Positions 9,265 through 17,343 of a DNA stretch of 64,000 bases are shown in pieces (position 1 is the first letter of the stretch; every line of letters starts with the position of its first letter). A program made the translations under genes and the position numbers. The stretch lies in sequence record OP079919.1; one strand, given 5' to 3'. This stretch comes from Klebsiella phage KPN8. The notes beneath the pieces are model-generated. The model was not told the origin of the DNA. It did no database searches and saw only the letters and a program-made list of their open reading frames with translations.

Positions 9265-10253
9265 TTATTGCTTTAAAAACGTTTGTTGGTAGTAAACTGT
9301 TTGGATTAGAAACAGAGAATTCGGATACGGATATAAAGGGAATTTATATTCCTTCTGCTAAGGATATTCTTCTGCATCGTTATCACCCTGTGATCGATAA
9401 ATCTTTTAATAAGGGGACTTATCGAGCCAACAAGCCGGAAGATACAGATGAAGTCTATTTCTCTTTGGACAAGTTTATCGAGCTTCTCATAAAAGCCGAT
9501 ACAACGGCTTTCGATATGCTGCACGCACCAGAAAGTAAAATCCTCATCTCCACTGACATTCATCACGAGCTTTGGAGAAACCGGTCCAAGTTTTATACTA
9601 GCCGATTGGATGGTCTGTTCGGCCAGGTTATTACCGAAGCGAATACTTACGGTGTTCGGAGTATGCGAGCTGCCGTTTTAAAAGAGGTCGTTGAAATCGT
9701 TTCTTCGTGGGATGATTTTAAATTGTCGGGATGCAGATTGGGCGGACTGATTTCTCAGCTCCCAGTCGATAACGTGTACACGCGTATAACGCGGGATGAG
9801 ACACAGAGGGCTGGCTGTCAGGATTTCTATGAAATTCTAGATCGTAAATTTCAGTACACCATCTCGGCTTTGAAATTCAAAACTGCTATTCTGGAATTAT
9901 GGTCTTCCTACGGAGAAAGGGTTAAGAAGGTGGAGTTATCTGGGGGTAATGATTGGAAGGCGTTAAGTCATGCTTTCAGAATCGGATATCAGCTGTTAGA
10001 TATCTACCGAGAAGGCGATTACACTTTTCCTTTAAAGCAAAGCTCTACGATTATGAAAATTAAACTCGGGGAGGTTTCAGAAGAAGAATCAAGAGAAATG
10101 CTGAATCAACTCATTTCCGATGTTAAAACTGCAGCAGGTAAATCCGGACTTCCCACTGAGGTTGACCCAGAACCCTGGTACGATTGGGTCGCGGACGTTT
10201 ACGCTGGAGTAGTTAAGAAAGCTTACTTACCTAAGGGGTTTAGATTGTCATGA
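9261..10253 (+). CDS. pol-beta-superfamily nucleotidyltransferase (RlaP/minimal NTase-like)
   Basis: N-terminal GSKLFGLETENSDTDIKGIYIP fits the hG[GS]x9-13 D-x-D nucleotidyltransferase signature; 330-aa ORF with ATGA overlap. Confidence 0.6.
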   Translation: MIIALKTFVGSKLFGLETENSDTDIKGIYIPSAKDILLHRYHPVIDKSFNKGTYRANKPEDTDEVYFSLDKFIELLIKADTTAFDMLHAPESKILISTDIHHELWRNRSKFYTSRLDGLFGQVITEANTYGVRSMRAAVLKEVVEIVSSWDDFKLSGCRLGGLISQLPVDNVYTRITRDETQRAGCQDFYEILDRKFQYTISALKFKTAILELWSSYGERVKKVELSGGNDWKALSHAFRIGYQLLDIYREGDYTFPLKQSSTIMKIKLGEVSEEESREMLNQLISDVKTAAGKSGLPTEVDPEPWYDWVADVYAGVVKKAYLPKGFRLS

Positions 10254-10438
10254 CGCCGACGATGATTTTAGGAAGTTGTTTTGTGGTAGGGGGTTTTATC
10301 TTCCTTTACGTCTTAATCAGAATCTTAATTAAGAACAGCTTAGATGGCTTCGACCGAATGTTTATTGCGGGGGCTGGGTTAACAGCCGTCGGCTTTATTA
10401 TTTTCTCAGCAGGGTTGATACAGGGGGTTGCGCCGTGA
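10250..10438 (+). CDS. small membrane protein (2 predicted TM helices)
   Basis: 62-aa ORF made of two hydrophobic stretches. Confidence 0.45.
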   Translation: MTPTMILGSCFVVGGFIFLYVLIRILIKNSLDGFDRMFIAGAGLTAVGFIIFSAGLIQGVAP

Positions 10439-10722
10439 ACGAAGAAACCATTGCGATTATTTTGACAAAAGATAAAGTTATTAACGATCTTCCATGTGAG
10501 CTTCGAGAATGGGTGACTTGCTGGAACCACGAAGGTTTCTTTGTATTAGGTCGATCAGGTCAGTTTCCCTGGGGTACCATTTGCTGCATTGGGGAGGGTA
10601 TTCCCGAGTTTATTACTTCGGAAGAAGCTGAGAAAATATTAATCAAAGCAAAGGCGGTCGCCAAGGTATTAGAAGAGGCATATCACGATTTTGCCAAGAC
10701 GTCTTTCCTTACCCCTGAGTAA
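10435..10722 (+). CDS. hypothetical protein
   Basis: 95-aa ORF, GTG start overlapping the upstream stop. Confidence 0.45.
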   Translation: MNEETIAIILTKDKVINDLPCELREWVTCWNHEGFFVLGRSGQFPWGTICCIGEGIPEFITSEEAEKILIKAKAVAKVLEEAYHDFAKTSFLTPE

Positions 10723-10814
10723 AGATTCGGCATTCAACACATCAGGTGGTTACGAACACTACACCGCCAAACGTAGTTTAAAGCCCAGTGGGCTAAGATT
10801 AAGGAATCATTGAA

Positions 10815-11081
10815 ATGAAATATTTCTTAGGGTTGTTAGTTTTGTGTTGCAGTCTGTCCTATGCGAAAAACTCCACATTAAACGGGAGTTGTGTCGCAAT
10901 GGATCATTACGAAAAGACGGTTTATCAGTGCAGTGATGGAACGGTAACCGTCATGGACCAAGACAATGCGACCATTTGTCGTCCTAATGATTCAGCTGTT
11001 ACCGGGGGTGCTCAGCGCTGTTACCGGGTGGATTTAAAAACTGGTGAGTCGCATGAAGTAGAAAAAGGAGTTAACAAATGA
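10815..11081 (+). CDS. small secreted cysteine-containing protein
   Basis: N-terminal signal-peptide-like MKYFLGLLVLCCSLSYA followed by 6 Cys in the mature part; AAGGAA upstream. Confidence 0.5.
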   Translation: MKYFLGLLVLCCSLSYAKNSTLNGSCVAMDHYEKTVYQCSDGTVTVMDQDNATICRPNDSAVTGGAQRCYRVDLKTGESHEVEKGVNK

Positions 11082-11290
11082 TTGATTTCTTTTTCGCTCC
11101 GGTTTCTAAGGGATGGTTTATCGTTCAGGTCATGTGTACGGTTTACATTTTACTAAAATGCGTAACGTCCTATATCGAATACTGCAAGAACCCGAATAAA
11201 ACCGATCTGATCATTTATTGGATTCAGGCGGGACTCGGGATAATCGTAACAACAAAAACGATTTGTTTCTTGGCGGCTGGAAGTTTCTAA
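11078..11290 (+). CDS. small membrane protein
   Basis: 70-aa ORF with two hydrophobic segments, ATGA overlap. Confidence 0.45.
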   Translation: MIDFFFAPVSKGWFIVQVMCTVYILLKCVTSYIEYCKNPNKTDLIIYWIQAGLGIIVTTKTICFLAAGSF

Positions 11291-11366
11291 ATGAAAAGCG
11301 TTCCCAGTCAACCAGGGATAAACTCAGACGCTTGAAAATCCACAGCACCCTGGAGGTTCCTTTGGT

Positions 11367-11705
11367 ATGGAACATGAATTAAAAATAGCTTTAGCGAGTT
11401 ACGGAAGATTAACTATATTAAACCCACTCAGGGGGATCATAGGACATTTTGTCCCAAGATTAATAGTAGAGTGGTCAGTAGAAGAGAGAACGCTCAGATT
11501 CCGTCCTAGCGGCACTGAGGGGAATAAGTATTATAAAGGGTTTATTAAGTTAAGTCCTACCGCATGCGTCCATTTAATAGCACCTATTCTTAGAAAAGCA
11601 GAATACGGTAAAAAGATGGATAATCCAGATATCGTTGAAGTTCTCGGACACACTGTTACAATCAAAGTCAAAGAACAAGACGGCTGGTATTGCGCACAAT
11701 TTTAA
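11367..11705 (+). CDS. small protein, member of a local paralogous family
   Basis: Shares ...R(T)LRF(R/K)(P/S)SGT(E)GN(K/R)... and C-terminal DGWY motifs with the 12192 product. Confidence 0.5.
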   Translation: MEHELKIALASYGRLTILNPLRGIIGHFVPRLIVEWSVEERTLRFRPSGTEGNKYYKGFIKLSPTACVHLIAPILRKAEYGKKMDNPDIVEVLGHTVTIKVKEQDGWYCAQF

Positions 11706-11732
11706 CTCGAGTATCAATTTAGGAAAAATATC

Positions 11733-12182
11733 ATGCAATTAGATAACATTTGGTTTTTCGGTATAGACGCAGAAGATCTAGAAAATTTTAAAGCGATCTT
11801 TACCGTAGAAGGGTTAAAGGAACCCTTTGATTTTAATTTCATTCCCTTCACCATTTCGCCTCAGTCGATGGTCGCTCACACTAAAGAACTGACGATCACG
11901 CTTTACCCCGTTAAAGAGAAAATTTTATTAAATGGTAAAGTAGAACAAACGATCTTTAAAGGTTCCGACGGAAGGTTGTATTTTAACCTGGGTTCGATTA
12001 TCCAGGTGATGAATAGCCAAATAGCCGCCTTTGTAGCCAAATCCTTTTCTGGGTTTAATAAACTAGGCTGGTTTATTAAAGAGATCGACGGAAGTTTTAT
12101 CCTATTCAACGTCCAGAGCTTCAGTGACGAGGGGTTGATTAAACTGTATCGATCCTCTAGCGTAACCGATAGCTCCAATTAA
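11733..12182 (+). CDS. hypothetical protein
   Basis: 149-aa ORF preceded by TTTAGGAAAAATATCATG. Confidence 0.5.
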   Translation: MQLDNIWFFGIDAEDLENFKAIFTVEGLKEPFDFNFIPFTISPQSMVAHTKELTITLYPVKEKILLNGKVEQTIFKGSDGRLYFNLGSIIQVMNSQIAAFVAKSFSGFNKLGWFIKEIDGSFILFNVQSFSDEGLIKLYRSSSVTDSSN

Positions 12183-12191
12183 GGAAACTTT

Positions 12192-12599
12192 ATGTTCGTT
12201 CCAATAAACTCCGTGGTGGATGATCGCCCCAAAATAACAGATGACGTTATCAGTATTTCTAAGACCGGACTATGTCGGTTTTACGAGGCCTTTGGTAAAA
12301 AGATCACGGCCGACGGTAATAGTTTGGTGGTAGAGTACGATCCCCTTCTCCGAACTATTCGATTCAAATCTTCGGCTACGGGAAACCGAAAAATAAAAAA
12401 CATGGCGTTTACTATTAAGGGTCGGATCGCTAAAGAGATAGTGGGGTCTATCCTTACTTCTTTCTTACACGGGGCGTATTTCGAGAAGTGTAAACGAACT
12501 GGTTTCAATACCGTGGCTTTTATACCCACTCTAAAAAGCGATGGTTGGTATTATATCGAACCAGGTAAAAGGGTAGGAAAAGGAGAATCATCGTGGTAA
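12192..12599 (+). CDS. small protein, paralog of the 11367 product
   Basis: LRTIRFKSSATGNRKI and DGWYYIE motifs parallel the 11367 product. Confidence 0.5.
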   Translation: MFVPINSVVDDRPKITDDVISISKTGLCRFYEAFGKKITADGNSLVVEYDPLLRTIRFKSSATGNRKIKNMAFTIKGRIAKEIVGSILTSFLHGAYFEKCKRTGFNTVAFIPTLKSDGWYYIEPGKRVGKGESSW

Positions 12600-12784
12600 T
12601 CTCAAATGCCGTTATTGTTTTAGTAGTTTGGCTCACCGTTATCCCTCTCCTAATCTGGGAGACACGTAACGACGGTTACAAGCCGTTGAAGCGCTATATC
12701 TTCATCGTCATATGGCCTATCTCTGCGGTAGGGATATTCGTACATATCGTCTGGCAACTCCTGAAATATAAAGGATGGAAATAA
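12593..12784 (+). CDS. small membrane protein
   Basis: 63 aa with two hydrophobic helices. Confidence 0.45.
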   Translation: MVISNAVIVLVVWLTVIPLLIWETRNDGYKPLKRYIFIVIWPISAVGIFVHIVWQLLKYKGWK

Positions 12785-13131
12785 TGGGAATATTCTACGC
12801 CGGATTAATCCTTATTACCGGCCTTTTATTCGGGGTGGGATACTTTCTCTTTAAAAAGAGAAAAGACCCGCAGCTGGTATACTGGGACGACTGGATAAAA
12901 CTTCATTGGAAGAAGTTTTTAATCGTCTTAACAATCACGCTGGGTGTTTATACTCTAATTTGTATCAAGCCCCTTTATCACACAACCAAATGTTATTTCT
13001 ACGGTAAAACGTATAAGACGTATACTGAATACAGTTGGATTCTTGGTGAGTGTTTGTATAAAGGTAAGACGGGGGCGATGTTGCCTTTGCAGATCACTCG
13101 GGATAATCCAGACGGAGACGTCGAGGAGTAG
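12775..13131 (+). CDS. membrane protein
   Basis: 118 aa with two N-terminal TM-like helices. Confidence 0.45.
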   Translation: MEIMGIFYAGLILITGLLFGVGYFLFKKRKDPQLVYWDDWIKLHWKKFLIVLTITLGVYTLICIKPLYHTTKCYFYGKTYKTYTEYSWILGECLYKGKTGAMLPLQITRDNPDGDVEE

Positions 13132-13134
13132 AAC

Positions 13135-13572
13135 ATGATTTGGGTAAAACAAGCCTGTTCGTTATGGTACGAAAAAAGAACATTGAAGGACTGGGGAGAA
13201 ATCCTTACTTTTATTAGTATGTTCTGTTTGATTGTAACACTATGTGCGAGTTTTGCAACTAGTTCAGTTCTTTGGCTAACATTGTGTGCGATCAATATAG
13301 TACTGATGATTTCTTTAGGGCCTTTGTTCGACTGGTTACACAAAAACAAATCCACGATCGTAATGAGGGTAGAGCGCGAAAGGATGTTAAAAGATCCTTT
13401 CGATAGCATGATCCATGCTTATCTGGAAACAGACGGCGCTGATATTGAAGAACTGTTGGACGTACTGCGAATGGATTCGTTTACGTTACACAATCAAATT
13501 AAAAACACGGAGCTTAAAAGTAGGGTGTCTGACGCTATCGCCAAGATGCAGCGAAAACAAAGCTCAAATTAA
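13135..13572 (+). CDS. membrane protein
   Basis: 145 aa with two hydrophobic helices in the N-terminal half. Confidence 0.45.
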   Translation: MIWVKQACSLWYEKRTLKDWGEILTFISMFCLIVTLCASFATSSVLWLTLCAINIVLMISLGPLFDWLHKNKSTIVMRVERERMLKDPFDSMIHAYLETDGADIEELLDVLRMDSFTLHNQIKNTELKSRVSDAIAKMQRKQSSN

Positions 13573-13584
13573 TTAGGAAAACAA

Positions 13585-14448
13585 ATGAAAACAGCAGAAC
13601 AACAGTATTTGGATTTAGGGTCTCGCATTGTCGAAGAAGGTGTGTGGGTAGAAAACAAACGAACCGGTGTGCGGTGCTTAACCGTGGCTAATGAGACCCT
13701 TCATTACGACGTGGAAAACGGGTTGACTCCTGTTCTCTCCACTCGCCCCGTCCCTTATAAAGGAGGGTTAGGCGAATTCATCGCTTACCTGCAAGGGAAA
13801 GGGAACGCTGCTGAATTCCGCGAACTGGGTTCCAACACCTGGAACTCCAATGCCAATGAGAACGAAGCCTGGTTGAAAAATCCTAACCGTAAGGGCGAGG
13901 ATGACATGGGTCGGGTCTATGGCGTTCAAGGTCGAGATTGGACCAACCAATTCGGTGCTAAGTTAGACCAGCTGAAGAAAATCATCGACAACCTTAATCG
14001 AGGAATCGATGATCGCGGAGAGATTCTGACTTTCTGGAATCCCGGAGAATTTGATTATGGGTGTTTGCGTCCTTGTATGCACACGCACCAGTTTACCCTA
14101 CTCGGCAATAAACTCCACCTCACCTCGGTGCAAAGAAGCTTCGATTGGGCGTTAGGTGGACCGGCAAATATGCTTCAATGTTATTTCTTCTTACAGCTGA
14201 TGGCTCAGGTCACGGGACATATCGCCGGTCAGGTCACTCATCACGTGGTCAACGCGCATATCTACGAGAACCAGCTGGAGTTGGCTAAAGAGCAACTCAA
14301 AAGAACTCCTCACCGAACAGATACTCAGTTCTGGGTTAATCCAAATATCCGCACCCTGGAAGATATCGATAAGATGACTAAGAACGACGTCAAACTTATC
14401 GGTTACTTCAGTGACTACGACCCGATCAAATATCCGTTTACGGTGTAA
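13585..14448 (+). CDS. thymidylate synthase-family enzyme (ThyA or dUMP hydroxymethylase)
   Basis: Catalytic-Cys segment RPCMHTHQF parallels ThyA PCH..FQF. QRSFDWALGGPANMLQCYFFLQLMAQVTG parallels ThyA QRS.D..LG.PFNIASYALL..M.AQ. An Asn is retained at the pyrimidine-specificity position, pointing to a uracil substrate. TTAGGAAAACAAATG start context. Confidence 0.8.
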   Translation: MKTAEQQYLDLGSRIVEEGVWVENKRTGVRCLTVANETLHYDVENGLTPVLSTRPVPYKGGLGEFIAYLQGKGNAAEFRELGSNTWNSNANENEAWLKNPNRKGEDDMGRVYGVQGRDWTNQFGAKLDQLKKIIDNLNRGIDDRGEILTFWNPGEFDYGCLRPCMHTHQFTLLGNKLHLTSVQRSFDWALGGPANMLQCYFFLQLMAQVTGHIAGQVTHHVVNAHIYENQLELAKEQLKRTPHRTDTQFWVNPNIRTLEDIDKMTKNDVKLIGYFSDYDPIKYPFTV

Positions 14449-14460
14449 CTTGCAATAAAA

Positions 14461-14518
14461 CAAAAACTTTATCCTACCTGGGAATCCCAGGTAGGATAAA
14501 TAAAGTTTATCTTTTTTG
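14461..14518. terminator. bidirectional terminator between convergent genes
   Basis: 15-bp stem TTTATCCTACCTGGG/CCCAGGTAGGATAAA with T-runs on both strands. Confidence 0.75.
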
Positions 14519-14887
14519 GATGACGTTGCCCTCAGCTTTACGTTTGGTAAAATGAGAGGATCCGCAGAGTCGGACGAATACCCACATTACAAGCCAGTAG
14601 CGCCAGCTGAGTTTTAAACGATAACGCATATTGTCTCGGAAGAGATTGTCACACTCTTTCCTTTCGTATAACCCGGAACCGTACATGTAATCGTGCACAG
14701 CTGCAGCCGGGAAATATTTATAGTAAGCTGGGTATAAACCCTGTAGCCAACGAGGAACACTCGCCCCGTCCGTTACCAAGCCTTTAGGGACGGTGACCTC
14801 TGGGGTCGGGTAATCTTCTCTGAACCGAAATTTATCCTCGGTTATAACGTAGTCAAGCGGGATGTCGGTAAAACTAAATTCTTCCAT
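14507..14887 (-). CDS. DUF1353-like phage protein
   Basis: Only minus-strand gene in a 24-kb + strand block. DGASVPRW...AAVHDYMY resembles the DUF1353 signature. Convergent with the thymidylate-synthase gene across a bidirectional hairpin. Confidence 0.55.
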   Translation of the reverse strand: MEEFSFTDIPLDYVITEDKFRFREDYPTPEVTVPKGLVTDGASVPRWLQGLYPAYYKYFPAAAVHDYMYGSGLYERKECDNLFRDNMRYRLKLSWRYWLVMWVFVRLCGSSHFTKRKAEGNVIQKR

Positions 14888-14962
14888 TTCGCTATTCTCT
14901 GAATTAGTTAGTAATAAACGATCATAGCATTTTAGACTTTCGACACATAGAAGTTTTCAGTT

Positions 14963-14972
14963 CTATATTACC
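14963..14972 (+). promoter_or_regulatory. CTATATTACC box (candidate early promoter)
   Basis: cagttCTATATTACCgttatgtaaacACAAC sits 38 nt upstream of the 15010 ATG. Confidence 0.5.
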
Positions 14973-15009
14973 GTTATGTAAACACAACCTATCATTTAGG
15001 AAAGCCATC

Positions 15010-15492
15010 ATGGAACTCGTTAATCAAAAAGTTTATATTGTTAAGCCAGGCGATACTCTGTCAGAGATAGCAAACCATTTTTGTGGGAATCCTGCTATCG
15101 GATACGATATAGCTGAGGACAACGGCATTATCAACGCCGGACTCATCTATCAAGGGCAAAGAATCTGGATAAGGGAGGGATTCCTAAAGGAAGAATTTAA
15201 GGGCGCTCCTAATACCCAACCCAAAGAAGAACCTTTCAGAGAAGGGCAGCATGTTCAAATCACCCCATCTGGTAAATTAACAAGACTGGATCTTCATGAC
15301 TTGTGTTGGAATACCGAACCATTAGCTAAGGGTTTCTTCGTGATTGTCGAAATACATCCAAATCAGACAGAGCTTTTAGTGCAAGATAATAAGAACCGCC
15401 ATTATTACTTCAATCTAAATGAATTGAAGGAACTTATTCGGGTTCGTGGGGCGATAGAAATTTCCCCTAATCGTTTTATGCCGTTTAGCTAA
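15010..15492 (+). CDS. LysM-domain protein
   Basis: N-terminal YIVKPGDTLSEIANHF...GLIYQGQRIWI fits the LysM consensus; TTTAGGAAAGCCATCATG start context. Confidence 0.6.
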   Translation: MELVNQKVYIVKPGDTLSEIANHFCGNPAIGYDIAEDNGIINAGLIYQGQRIWIREGFLKEEFKGAPNTQPKEEPFREGQHVQITPSGKLTRLDLHDLCWNTEPLAKGFFVIVEIHPNQTELLVQDNKNRHYYFNLNELKELIRVRGAIEISPNRFMPFS

Positions 15493-15507
15493 ATCCCCGA
15501 GGTTCGC

Positions 15508-15924
15508 ATGAAAAAGATTGTCTTATATTTATTCCCTCGATCTTCGCTCATCCCACCCATGAGTGTTCCACCTACTCGCAAGGCAGACCTCCTAAAAGAG
15601 TTGGAGGATGTTGACGGGTGGATCTCGGATATACAAGAGATCACGGAACTCGGTATTGAAGTTCGACAACACGAATTCCTGATTACCGATGACGGGTTTA
15701 ACGTTATCGCCAAAGAGTGGGAAGTTCACTTTAATGATCCCGACATTTATTGCATGCTCGAAGTATACGGGCTTCCAAAAAATATACGGGATAAAATTAT
15801 TGTCGGACTGAAAGGAATTAAGGAATTATTTACGTCGAGGGTTTGTTCGTTCCTCTCGGTGATTCCTGAAGAAACGATGGTTTTAATCGAAGCTCAACCC
15901 GTCGAAGAAGACGAACAACTTTAG
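15508..15924 (+). CDS. hypothetical acidic protein
   Basis: 138-aa ORF, GAGG upstream. Confidence 0.5.
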   Translation: MKKIVLYLFPRSSLIPPMSVPPTRKADLLKELEDVDGWISDIQEITELGIEVRQHEFLITDDGFNVIAKEWEVHFNDPDIYCMLEVYGLPKNIRDKIIVGLKGIKELFTSRVCSFLSVIPEETMVLIEAQPVEEDEQL

Positions 15925-15938
15925 GATTTAACATCATG
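15919..15938 (+). promoter_or_regulatory. conserved start-site element (copy 3)
   Basis: CTTTAGGATTTAACATCATG. Confidence 0.6.
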
Positions 15939-16313
15939 TATGAGGTTACTGTTTACCATTGCTCCAGACAAGAACTGGAAAAGAAAGATCAGGATTTCTT
16001 CGAAGACCTGACCAAGAACGAAGGTTGGGTAGAAGACATCGAAGATATTGAAATGGCGCTGGGTTCCAGGGAGGATTGCATTGAAGGTCAAGAATTCAGA
16101 TTACCCGTCTCTGCTTTAGATATCCTGGAAATGAAATGGGAGGGGCGTTTTGACTCTGGCATTTGCATGTGTTCCGCCATTTACTATTTCTCGCCTGAAT
16201 GCATTGAATCCGTATGTCGTGATCTTTCCGATCATGGTACTCGGGAGGCCGCTCTCTTAGCAGAGTACCTGCGGGACATCCCCGATACCGAAATTGTCGT
16301 TATCGAAATCTAA
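15936..16313 (+). CDS. hypothetical acidic protein
   Basis: Preceded by the conserved CTTTAGGATTTAACATCATG element; followed by a GC-rich hairpin and T-run. Confidence 0.55.
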   Translation: MYEVTVYHCSRQELEKKDQDFFEDLTKNEGWVEDIEDIEMALGSREDCIEGQEFRLPVSALDILEMKWEGRFDSGICMCSAIYYFSPECIESVCRDLSDHGTREAALLAEYLRDIPDTEIVVIEI

Positions 16314-16337
16314 TTGCTGTGTAGTTGTGGTAGTTCT

Positions 16338-16366
16338 TTTGGGGGCCTTCGGGCCCTCCTTTTTTA
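16338..16366 (+). terminator. intrinsic terminator
   Basis: GGGGGCC-ttcg-GGCCC(TCC) hairpin followed by TTTTTT. Confidence 0.6.
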
Positions 16367-16377
16367 AGGAAAGTAAA

Positions 16378-16818
16378 ATGCGGGAAGACAGAAATATTTA
16401 TCGTAACACAGCTTATATCAACGATCGATATGAGAGGATGGGTGATGCAATAGAAGTAACACTATTTTCTTTTTCGACGTTTGAAATGGATCAGGAAATT
16501 GTGTTTGAATGGGTTAAGAAAAATCCCGCCATCAAACTCGAACTTTATCGAGGTCTGAGTGATAAAGATTCTCCAGTAAATATCTGCGGGTCCGTTACTA
16601 ATATAAGGATCAACCCCCTAGATTTCAAAGTCACCGGTACGCTTCGACCAGAAGGAAGAATGCGCAAAATACTGGAAGATACCATCAATCGGCATCAGCC
16701 CGTCACCATTAACATGCGAGGGATATTTGATTTTAGACATTCCGTTTATCGTTGTACCGAAATCAAAGGCCTGGTGCTAATGTCTGACTTTAGTGCCTTT
16801 CGTAAAAGGAGTATTTAA
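16378..16818 (+). CDS. hypothetical protein
   Basis: ATG at 16378 has AAGGAAAG upstream. The tracked start at 16294 lies inside the upstream terminator hairpin, so the later start is preferred. Confidence 0.5.
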   Translation: MREDRNIYRNTAYINDRYERMGDAIEVTLFSFSTFEMDQEIVFEWVKKNPAIKLELYRGLSDKDSPVNICGSVTNIRINPLDFKVTGTLRPEGRMRKILEDTINRHQPVTINMRGIFDFRHSVYRCTEIKGLVLMSDFSAFRKRSI

Positions 16819-16837
16819 CTTCCATAATTTTTTAAAT

Positions 16838-16847
16838 CGATATTACC
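16838..16847 (+). promoter_or_regulatory. cGATATTACC box variant
   Basis: aaatCGATATTACCacagtgtctcaaACATAAAAC sits upstream of the HTH gene. Confidence 0.4.
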
Positions 16848-16907
16848 ACAGTGTCTCAAACATAAAACTTTTAGGTCTTCATCAACATCACCAAGGAGTA
16901 CGCCCGT

Positions 16908-17282
16908 ATGCGTTATCAACATTTTTCTATCGTCTCTTCCAAAGAAGCATTTTCCATTCGTCTTTCTTACATCCTGCAACATCTGAACAAAACAGAAACT
17001 CAGCGCTCCATCGCGGAGTATTGTGGGGTGAGTACGAGCACCATCTCCGCCATCTGCAACGAGCACGTCCAGTACGTATCCCTCAATACGCTGATGAAAA
17101 TCGCGGATAAACTGAAACTTAACTACGAGGTTGTCTTTAAAGGCAATCGCGGTAAAGTGAGTAACTTTGTTACTGTTGAATCCGCCGTGGATTACATGAA
17201 GCTCGGCAAGTTGAACCCCGTTCGTAAAAATGTGATGAAGGGTAACTCCCCTGCATTTAAAGGACGGGTGGCGACGCATTAA
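16908..17282 (+). CDS. XRE-like helix-turn-helix DNA-binding protein
   Basis: TQRSIAEYCGVSTSTISAICN fits an HTH motif; AAGGAG 7 nt upstream; terminator downstream. Confidence 0.55.
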   Translation: MRYQHFSIVSSKEAFSIRLSYILQHLNKTETQRSIAEYCGVSTSTISAICNEHVQYVSLNTLMKIADKLKLNYEVVFKGNRGKVSNFVTVESAVDYMKLGKLNPVRKNVMKGNSPAFKGRVATH

Positions 17283-17288
17283 TCATGG

Positions 17289-17334
17289 TGGGAGTCCGCA
17301 AGGGCTCCCACGCTATTTATTAATTTATTTTTTA
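17289..17334 (+). terminator. intrinsic terminator
   Basis: TGGGAG...CTCCCA stem followed by a T-rich tract. Confidence 0.6.
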
Positions 17335-17343
17335 GGATAAAAC

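Noticed and set aside
16793-17110. 105-aa ORF overlapping the HTH gene in another frame.
   Set aside because: It starts inside the upstream gene's 3' end and lacks an RBS. The HTH-encoding frame (16908..17282) has AAGGAG and a recognisable fold motif.
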